IMG/VR virus record: IMGVR_UViG_3300020030_000106
Coordinates: 1-6,063 of that record
DNA from: a virus
DNA: 6,063 nt
Reading direction: 5' to 3' (one strand)
Position numbers and translations under genes: made by a program. Under the pieces are notes generated by a model that was not told the DNA's origin, did not search any database, and saw only the letters and a program-made list of their open reading frames with translations. Shown piece after piece: positions 1-4,531 of this stretch (the stretch's first letter is position 1; the number at the start of each line of letters is the position of its first letter).

Positions 1-121
1 ATCTATTGAGCAGGGCATCGACGTTCGCAGTAATCCACTCGCTGTTCCGACGTTCAATCCCTACACTATTCGACTCCATCGTTTTTGGGTGCCGCTTCAG
101 TTGTATCATCCTGAATTGAGG
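1..121 (+). repeat. Terminal direct repeat, copy 1 (identical to 5943..6063); assembly overlap of a circular genome
   Basis: Base-by-base comparison shows 1..121 (atctattgagcagggc...cctgaattgagg) equals 5943..6063 with no mismatch. The capsid reading frame is continuous across the implied junction. Confidence 0.97.
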
Positions 122-1663
122 ACGAATAGCAGTAAGTTTGATATGAACAACTTGAGCCTGAATTGGATTACTGCTCTTGTTGGCACCGCTGGGACCACCA
201 CCCCCAATTCCGCCCTTGGTGCTTCGCGAGCCTTTCCCAATTCGCTTATGTCCTGGCTCCGCGTTTCTAACAAGACGTCACTTCAGCTTTCTAATCAACC
301 TCCTTATACCGCCAGTCTCCCTTCTGGTGCTGCGGTTAATCAGTGGGCGAACGCTGATACATATTTAGCTTATTGGGACATCGTTCGTAACTTCTATAGC
401 TACTCGCAGTGGTCTTTATTTTCGATCGCGTGGCCTGCTTCCTGGTCGATTATGTCCGACTCTTACTCTTTTGCTGGCGATTCTGCGTTTTTTAAGCAGG
501 AATACGCTAACCTGGAATTTCTTGACGCTTATTTTGAGAGTCAGTTCTACCCGTCAGCTGTTTCGAGTACGAATAACACGTTCAATAGAGGTAACTTGTT
601 TTTTCAGATAATCAATTCTCAGCTTCCGTCGGGAGGCGATCAAGATGGCTATCCCGTTTCTACCACGTTGCCTAGTGGTGCTAGTATTGTCTCCGGCAGC
701 GGCCCGGCTGATCAGTTTTCTGACGAGATAGGTACGACTTCTGTTTCTGGTATTTCGGCTTTCTTGTTTGCGCATCCGATGGCTGTTGTACCTTCGAATC
801 CTGATCGTTTCAGTCGTCTTATTCCCGTAGGCTCTTCGGCTGCTGTTTCTATGTCCGGAGTAAGCACCATTCCACAGTTGGCTATTGCTTCTCGCCTTCA
901 GGAATACAAGGACCTTCTCGGCGCCGGAGGTAGCCGTTATAGCGATTGGCTTGAGACATTTTTTGCTTCTAAGATTGAGCATGTAGATCGCCCCAAGCTC
1001 CTTTTTAGTGCTTCGCAAACCGTTAATGTGCAGATTGTTATGAATCAAGCTGGCCAAAATAATTTCGCGGTTTCGTCGCCCAACGGCCCTCTCGGTCAAC
1101 AAGGAGGAGCAATTGCTTTTAACGATCGCTTGGGTCGTCGCCAGTCTTATTATTTTCGCGAGCCTGGTTACATGATCGATATGCTGAGTATCCGTCCTGT
1201 TTATTTTTGGAGTGGCGTCACGCCGGATTATTTGAATTATCAAGGTTCGGATTATTTCAACCCCATTTATAATGATATTGGTTATCAGGATGTTCCTGCC
1301 GCGCGTCTTTTTAGTAATGCTGCGGGCTCAAACCTTGGCCTCTCCGTTGCTTACGAGCCTTGTTTTAACGAGTTTCGTTCGTCCTATGATGAGGTATTGG
1401 GCTCACTGTCTTCGTATCCCGCTCCTGTAGTTGGTACTCCCAAGGCTCTTTACTCGTATTGGGTACAGCAACGTTCTCTCGGTTTCTCGTATGTTGGTTC
1501 CGCTTCTGCTAATTATTACCCTGCACTCTTTGTGGATATGGCGCAAGTCAATTCCCCTTTTTCTTCTAATTCAGAGGATAATTTCTTTGTGAATATGTCT
1601 TATTCTGTTCAGAAGAAGAATTTGATTAACAAAACATTTGCTACTCGTTTGTCTAATCGTTAA
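2..1663 (+). CDS. VP1: Major capsid protein (Microviridae VP1 / phiX F-like), C-terminal 553 codons; continues from 5806..5942 across the circular junction
   Basis: Frame 2 is open from nt 2 to TAA 1661..1663 (the track start at 89 is only an internal GTG). The joined product is 599 aa. Its N-terminal region (...KAFTCTPGILYPVRIDFINARDRVSIEQGIDVRSNPLAVPTFNPYTIRLHRFWVPLQLY) follows the conserved microvirus capsid pattern G-x-L-x-P ... VR-x-x-P ... hydrophobic-F-V-P-x-R/Q-x-x-W/Y. Its size, its position directly after Rep and its T-rich third codon positions also fit. Confidence 0.9.
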   Translation, partial: SIEQGIDVRSNPLAVPTFNPYTIRLHRFWVPLQLYHPELRTNSSKFDMNNLSLNWITALVGTAGTTTPNSALGASRAFPNSLMSWLRVSNKTSLQLSNQPPYTASLPSGAAVNQWANADTYLAYWDIVRNFYSYSQWSLFSIAWPASWSIMSDSYSFAGDSAFFKQEYANLEFLDAYFESQFYPSAVSSTNNTFNRGNLFFQIINSQLPSGGDQDGYPVSTTLPSGASIVSGSGPADQFSDEIGTTSVSGISAFLFAHPMAVVPSNPDRFSRLIPVGSSAAVSMSGVSTIPQLAIASRLQEYKDLLGAGGSRYSDWLETFFASKIEHVDRPKLLFSASQTVNVQIVMNQAGQNNFAVSSPNGPLGQQGGAIAFNDRLGRRQSYYFREPGYMIDMLSIRPVYFWSGVTPDYLNYQGSDYFNPIYNDIGYQDVPAARLFSNAAGSNLGLSVAYEPCFNEFRSSYDEVLGSLSSYPAPVVGTPKALYSYWVQQRSLGFSYVGSASANYYPALFVDMAQVNSPFSSNSEDNFFVNMSYSVQKKNLINKTFATRLSNR

Positions 1664-1675
1664 TACATCAATTTT

Positions 1676-1972
1676 ATGGCACTTGATTGGTTATTAGAGG
1701 ATGCGCCCGCATATGTTTCTCGCGGTCAGCGTATTCTTTCCGTTCTTGATGGCTCTGGCACTGTCGACGTTCTTCCTGGTCGTCCAGATGTGGTAGCCGA
1801 GTCCTCTGATTTCGAAAAGGGTGAAAGATTCAATCCTGAAATCGATTTTGATCCTAATTCGTTTTCTCGTATGGATAAGTTCGACGGTCTCGAAGTTGGT
1901 CAAGAACTTATTGATTCAGAGCTAGATAGATCGAAGTCTGCTTCGAAATCTTCTAATTCTGAAGAAAAATAG
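1676..1972 (+). CDS. Hypothetical acidic protein, 98 aa (possible internal scaffolding-type protein; unassigned)
   Basis: ATG 1676, TAG 1970..1972, 12 nt after the capsid stop and in the same frame. Codon usage matches the other genes. The C-terminal half is rich in D/E/S (DFEKGERFNPEIDFDPNSF...ELIDSELDRSKSASKSSNSEEK). I recognise no motif. Confidence 0.6.
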   Translation: MALDWLLEDAPAYVSRGQRILSVLDGSGTVDVLPGRPDVVAESSDFEKGERFNPEIDFDPNSFSRMDKFDGLEVGQELIDSELDRSKSASKSSNSEEK

Positions 1973-2002
1973 TATATCCTTTACTTGACGATATATGCTA
2001 CG

Positions 2003-2080
2003 TGCGCGGACCCCTTCGGAAAGAGTTCGTGAATTTCTGAAGGTTATTGGTAACGACTGCCGGAGAGGCCGCGCATTTTT
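2003..2080 (+). terminator. Nested stem structure followed by T5: candidate intrinsic terminator/attenuator or ssDNA structural element
   Basis: The outer stem pairs 2003..2012 with 2067..2075 (tgcgcgg(a)cc / ggccgcgca; 9 bp, bulged A2010). Stacked on it is an inner 10-bp hairpin, 2013..2022 / 2034..2043 (ccttcggaaa / tttctgaagg, one G-T wobble, 11-nt loop). TTTTT at 2076..2080 follows the outer stem directly. Confidence 0.35.
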
Positions 2081-2105
2081 CTATCGTTCTTTAATTTTTA
2101 TCCCT

Positions 2106-2297
2106 ATGCCTGATATTAAACAACCTTTCTATAAGTCGAAGGCTTTTTGGACGCTCGTTTCGTCTATTGTTGCTGCCCTGGCTGCCTTTTTCCTTGCGTC
2201 TTGCTCGGCTCAAGCTAGGGTGCAGCGTAGTGGTGTTCACGTCGACACTGTTCGTGTTGATTACATTATTCGTTCTAACAATTTAACTCAGATGTAG
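2106..2297 (+). CDS. Small predicted lipoprotein, 63-aa precursor with a 31-aa mature part
   Basis: ATG 2106, TAG 2295..2297, one nt before the VP2 ATG. The sequence MPDIKQPFYKSKAFWTLVSSIVAALAAFFLASC has a Lys-rich n-region, a ~17-residue hydrophobic core and a lipobox L-A-S-C (Cys33, codon 2202..2204). The track start at 1995 would bury this signal peptide behind 37 residues that have atypical codons and overlap the stem structure, so I prefer 2106. Confidence 0.55.
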   Translation: MPDIKQPFYKSKAFWTLVSSIVAALAAFFLASCSAQARVQRSGVHVDTVRVDYIIRSNNLTQM

Positions 2298-2298
2298 T

Positions 2299-3558
2299 AT
2301 GCCTATTCCTGTTGCCGCTGCTGCTTCTTTTGGACAGGCTCTTGGTCAGTCTGCTGCCTCTACTGGCTCTTCCGGCCTGATTAATGGTTTTTTGGGTCAG
2401 CTTTTTGGCGGCATGAATGCTCGTCGCCAATGGCGATTTCAGCAGAAACAAATGAAGCTTCAGCAGAAGTACGCCCTCGAGCAGATGCAGAAGCAATCCG
2501 AACTTTCTTATGCTAATTGGCAAAGACAGTTTGACTATGAAAACGCTTACAACGATCCTTCGAAGGTCTTCGATCGCTACTTGAAAGCCGGTGTTACGCC
2601 TGCTGCAGTGCTTGGCTCTTCCGGTGTTGGTGTGAATGCTACTATGTCCGGTGGTTCTGCAGGTATGCCTTCCGCTTCTGGTCCTTCAGGTGGTGCACCT
2701 GTTTCCCCTGGCGCTTTTGCTCCTGGCGATCCTGCTGCTATTGCGCAAAACATGATTGCGCGTTCTACGGTTGATCGTAATACTGCTGCCGCTAATCGAG
2801 ATGAGGCAGAGGCTGATAATCTTCGTGGTAATACTCATACTCAGGATTGGCGTAAACGGATGGATGATCTTGAGTTGCAGATTGCTCAGCATAATGTTAA
2901 AGATGCCCGTGAACTTGCTAATCTTCGTGAGGCACAGGCTCAAATTGGAGCAATCGACGCTTACCTTTCTAGTATTACGCAGGGTTACAAAATGTCCTCT
3001 ATTATGGCCATGGCTGGTATTTTGGAAGAAAAGTACCAAAATCTCCGTTTGACGAATGATTGGTTCGAACCTCAAGCCGGCGCGGCTCTTGCTGTTGCCT
3101 GGTCTTCCGCAATCGCAAATGTTTCCTCTGCTGCTGAATCTGAATCTCGTATAAAGCTTAACGCCCAGGAACTTAAGGATATGCAAAACTGGTACGAGTT
3201 GAATTGGAAAAAGGATGTTCCCGTTCAGATTCGTAATGATAAAGGTGAAGTCGTTGAGACTAAAATGATGAAAGTTGCTGAGACTATGGCTATTTTGAAG
3301 TCCGCTGCTGCTGAAGCGGCTCAGCTTGAAACTGGAAATGCCCGTTGGGATTTGCGTAACTCCAGGCTTCGTCTTGCTCATGACGTTGTTCGATCTTTCG
3401 CCACCGCCGCAGGCATTGCCGGCGCTTCGTATGTTGGCCGCAAGGCTGCAGGTCCTGCCGGTCCTGAAGGTTATGAGGAAGTGAGAGAGATTTACGGTCC
3501 TTCAGGTACCCCCACTGGTAGTACCTTTACTCGTCGCAGCTATCTTGGGAGAAATTGA
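2299..3558 (+). CDS. VP2: Minor capsid / DNA pilot protein (Microviridae VP2, phiX H-like), 419 aa
   Basis: ATG 2299, TGA 3556..3558. The N-terminal segment is Gly/Ala/Ser-rich and hydrophobic (MPIPVAAAASFGQALGQSAASTGSSGLINGFLGQLFGG), reminiscent of the phiX174 H N-terminus. It is followed by Q/K/E-rich heptad-like stretches (RRQWRFQQKQMKLQQKYALEQMQKQ) and a motif YNDPSKVFDRYLKAGVTPAAVLG that resembles the conserved ...K-x-AGLNP-x-L region of gokushovirus VP2. Size and position fit a pilot protein. Confidence 0.85.
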   Translation: MPIPVAAAASFGQALGQSAASTGSSGLINGFLGQLFGGMNARRQWRFQQKQMKLQQKYALEQMQKQSELSYANWQRQFDYENAYNDPSKVFDRYLKAGVTPAAVLGSSGVGVNATMSGGSAGMPSASGPSGGAPVSPGAFAPGDPAAIAQNMIARSTVDRNTAAANRDEAEADNLRGNTHTQDWRKRMDDLELQIAQHNVKDARELANLREAQAQIGAIDAYLSSITQGYKMSSIMAMAGILEEKYQNLRLTNDWFEPQAGAALAVAWSSAIANVSSAAESESRIKLNAQELKDMQNWYELNWKKDVPVQIRNDKGEVVETKMMKVAETMAILKSAAAEAAQLETGNARWDLRNSRLRLAHDVVRSFATAAGIAGASYVGRKAAGPAGPEGYEEVREIYGPSGTPTGSTFTRRSYLGRN

Positions 3559-3581
3559 ACAGTTTTTTCGACTTTTTGATC

Positions 3582-3613
3582 TTTGCGTGTTGTGTTCTTT
3601 TGTTGTAACTTTG
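3582..3613 (+). promoter_or_regulatory. Candidate Bacteroides-type promoter (-33 TTTG / -7 TAnnTTTG)
   Basis: TTTG at 3582..3585 and TAACTTTG at 3606..3613 are separated by 20 nt, 28 nt upstream of ATG 3641, in the T-rich VP2-to-ORF spacer. In such T/G-rich sequence a chance match is quite possible. Confidence 0.25.
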
Positions 3614-3640
3614 TGGAACAAAACCAATAACCCTACTATT

Positions 3641-3952
3641 ATGAAAAAAAACAAGTTCAATCGCAGTCTCCTCACCCTGGATGTCGCTGATTATCTGTTT
3701 GTTGAATGGCTTATCCGTAATGATTGCTATTCGAAGTTCGCGGCGAATCTTTCTGGTAACTCCGATTGCGATATTCCCCGAGAGGCTATTCGCTGCCATC
3801 TCTCTCTTATTTTGCGTAGTAACTCTATGACTCTTCGCAATGCGATTTCTACGGCCTTCCTGTTTCTTCATACGCCCGAAGGCGAAGACTATTGGTGCTC
3901 CATCGAACTGAGGTGGATAGCTTTTCTTGATGAGTTTAATGTTCAACTTTAA
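3641..3952 (+). CDS. Hypothetical protein, 103 aa, no recognisable family
   Basis: ATG 3641 (the track start 3545 is a TTG that overlaps the VP2 end), TAA 3950..3952. Codon usage resembles the core genes (ctt, cgt, tct, gat). It contains four Cys and starts with an A8 run (3644..3651). Confidence 0.55.
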   Translation: MKKNKFNRSLLTLDVADYLFVEWLIRNDCYSKFAANLSGNSDCDIPREAIRCHLSLILRSNSMTLRNAISTAFLFLHTPEGEDYWCSIELRWIAFLDEFNVQL

Positions 3953-3964
3953 ATTTTTTTTCTT

Positions 3965-4288
3965 ATGACACAGATTCATGTCGTTATTCGGCGATCTAAT
4001 CCCTCTTTCAAAATTGACCTTGTCCAGGTTGGTCATATCCAGGAAGGTCAGTTCGCCACTCTTCCTTTTGACACACTTAACTGCGCGCCTCTTACGTCCT
4101 TTATAAAGCGTTCCAGTATCTCTGATTCGCCTTATATTGACCATAGCGATGTTTCTCGTCTTGTGGAGGCTTTAACCATGTATTTGAACTTCGCAGTCGA
4201 GTTTTTCGACAATACGCTTGTTCTTATGTTTGACCTTAATCTTGATCATAATGAAAGCACGTCGGAAGAAGAAGGGAAAGGGAACTAA
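3965..4288 (+). CDS. Hypothetical protein, 107 aa, acidic C-terminal tail, no recognisable family
   Basis: ATG 3965, TAA 4286..4288, 12 nt after the previous stop, across a T8 run and in the same frame. By hand count 18 of its first 40 codons end in T, as in the core genes. The tail is DHNESTSEEEGKGN. Confidence 0.6.
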   Translation: MTQIHVVIRRSNPSFKIDLVQVGHIQEGQFATLPFDTLNCAPLTSFIKRSSISDSPYIDHSDVSRLVEALTMYLNFAVEFFDNTLVLMFDLNLDHNESTSEEEGKGN

Positions 4289-4335
4289 AGTAGTTACCCG
4301 CCCGCTTGGTGGCCGAGTCCTCTAGTTTATTGTAT

Positions 4336-4359
4336 CCCGGGAGAGAATCCTCTCCTGGG
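4336..4359 (+). other. Hairpin: 10-bp stem, AATC loop
   Basis: cccgggagag-aatc-ctctcctggg; ten consecutive pairs, including one G-T/G-U wobble (4339-4356). Confidence 0.6.
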
Positions 4360-4421
4360 CTTTCTTGCTCGCAAACTCACCGAACTCGTTCGGTATATCC
4401 CTTGTGTAGTGGAGCCACGGA

Positions 4422-4462
4422 GCTCGAAGACGCGTAGCGTCCCGGCCGTTAGGCCGTCGAGC
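4422..4462 (+). other. Compact three-way junction (41 nt, 16 bp)
   Basis: The closing stem pairs 4422..4427 with 4457..4462 (gctcga/tcgagc). Arm A pairs 4429..4433 with 4437..4441 (gacgc-gta-gcgtc). Arm B pairs 4443..4447 with 4452..4456 (cggcc-gtta-ggccg). The junction linkers are 1, 1 and 0 nt. Confidence 0.55.
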
Positions 4463-4482
4463 GGCGTAACGAAACAGTTTTC

Positions 4483-4511
4483 GCGCTCGAAAGTGCCGTC
4501 TTTCGAAGCGC
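4483..4511 (+). other. Hairpin: 11-bp stem with one bulged A, 6-nt loop
   Basis: gcgctcgaaag-tgccgt-ctttcga(a)gcgc; A4507 is bulged. The stem ends 20 nt before ATG 4532 and is followed by TATTTTTG (4519..4526), which matches TAnnTTTG. Confidence 0.55.
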
Positions 4512-4531
4512 ATGGTAATATTTTTGTTGTT

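Larger units (their letters stand above)
4289..4531 (+). other. G+C/CpG-enriched, hairpin-dense spacer upstream of the Rep module; coding status unresolved (candidate complementary-strand origin, structured RNA leader or decayed/unconventional coding sequence)
   Basis: By hand count 127 of 221 nt are G+C over 4291..4511 (about 57%), against 25/60 at 541..600. There are at least five local stems (4336..4359, 4379..4394, 4422..4462, 4470..4483, 4483..4511). There is no in-frame ATG on the + strand before 4532, yet frame 2 has no stop from 4289 to 4729. Confidence 0.5.

Noticed and set aside
177-368. Other + strand alternative-frame ORFs: 177..368, 4599..4808 (TM-like from ATG 4662), 5009..5230 and 5840..6061.
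   Set aside because: They are short, and all or mainly lie in the +1 frame of a real gene. There, T-rich third positions become second positions and generate hydrophobic or Pro-rich pseudo-proteins. Several start at non-ATG codons, and nothing distinguishes them from compositional noise.
554-1243. Long minus-strand ORFs: 554..1243 (229 aa), 1694..1903, 2275..2523, 2686..3381 (231 aa), 3527..4144 (205 aa), 4741..5154, 5548..5790 and 5791..6051.
   Set aside because: Each one is in exact codon register with the + strand gene it overlaps (their start coordinates mod 3 equal those of VP1, the 98-aa ORF, VP2, the two orphan ORFs and Rep). Their stops would correspond to the sense codons TTA/CTA/TCA, which these genes rarely use. 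Their products are K/R/N/I-rich, as expected for the complement of a T-rich coding strand, and Microviridae transcribe one strand only. They are antisense shadows. The related ORF 4322..4693 is treated separately as a finding, because part of it lies where no sense gene is confidently called.
1995-2105. N-terminal extension of the lipoprotein ORF from ATG 1995 (the track's 100-aa version).
   Set aside because: The extension uses atypical codons (cta, cgg, aga, tta) and lies entirely within the nested stem and T5 structure. It would also place the signal peptide 37 residues from the N-terminus. ATG 2106 gives a canonical lipoprotein precursor.
2557-2566. Perfect 10-bp palindrome CCTTCGAAGG in VP2, plus recurrent TTCGAA-containing stems (for example 1931..1946, tcgaag-tctg-cttcga).
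   Set aside because: These are isolated short palindromes inside coding sequence with no flanking signal. They are probably incidental and are not supportable as features.
3545-3640. TTG 3545 start for the 103-aa ORF (the track's 135-aa version), and similarly TTG 4711 for Rep.
   Set aside because: Both are non-ATG starts that overlap the preceding gene. Downstream ATGs (3641 and 4732) give sensible N-termini: MKKNK..., and MPCSSPIWIRN, which is typical of VP4.
4225-4262. XerC/D dif-like half-sites (TTATGTT at about 4228 and CATAA at about 4254), considered as a possible prophage integration site.
   Set aside because: The half-sites are in the wrong relative order and spacing for an 11-6-11 dif core. 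They lie inside a well-supported coding region. No integrase or other lysogeny gene is present.
4296-4400. tRNA-like appearance (ggtggccgagt resembles a class II tRNA D-arm; gagagaatcctctc resembles a T-arm).
   Set aside because: No 7-bp acceptor stem, no TTC in the putative T-loop, and no anticodon arm at the correct spacing could be drawn. The similarity is limited to a few nucleotides.
4409-4531. GTG 4409 start giving a 107-aa protein with a basic Ser/Arg/Lys-rich N-terminus (considered as a J/VP8-like DNA-binding domain).
   Set aside because: By hand count, third codon positions here are G-rich (17 of 41), unlike every confident gene. The segment coincides with the three-way junction and the long hairpin. 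It is kept only as an alternative in the spacer findings.
4483-4531. Hairpin 4483..4511 followed by a T-rich tract, considered as an intrinsic terminator.
   Set aside because: Nine non-T nucleotides (atggtaata) separate the stem from the T-run, and a gene starts 20 nt downstream. The geometry is poor for a terminator, so it is reported as part of the structured spacer instead.
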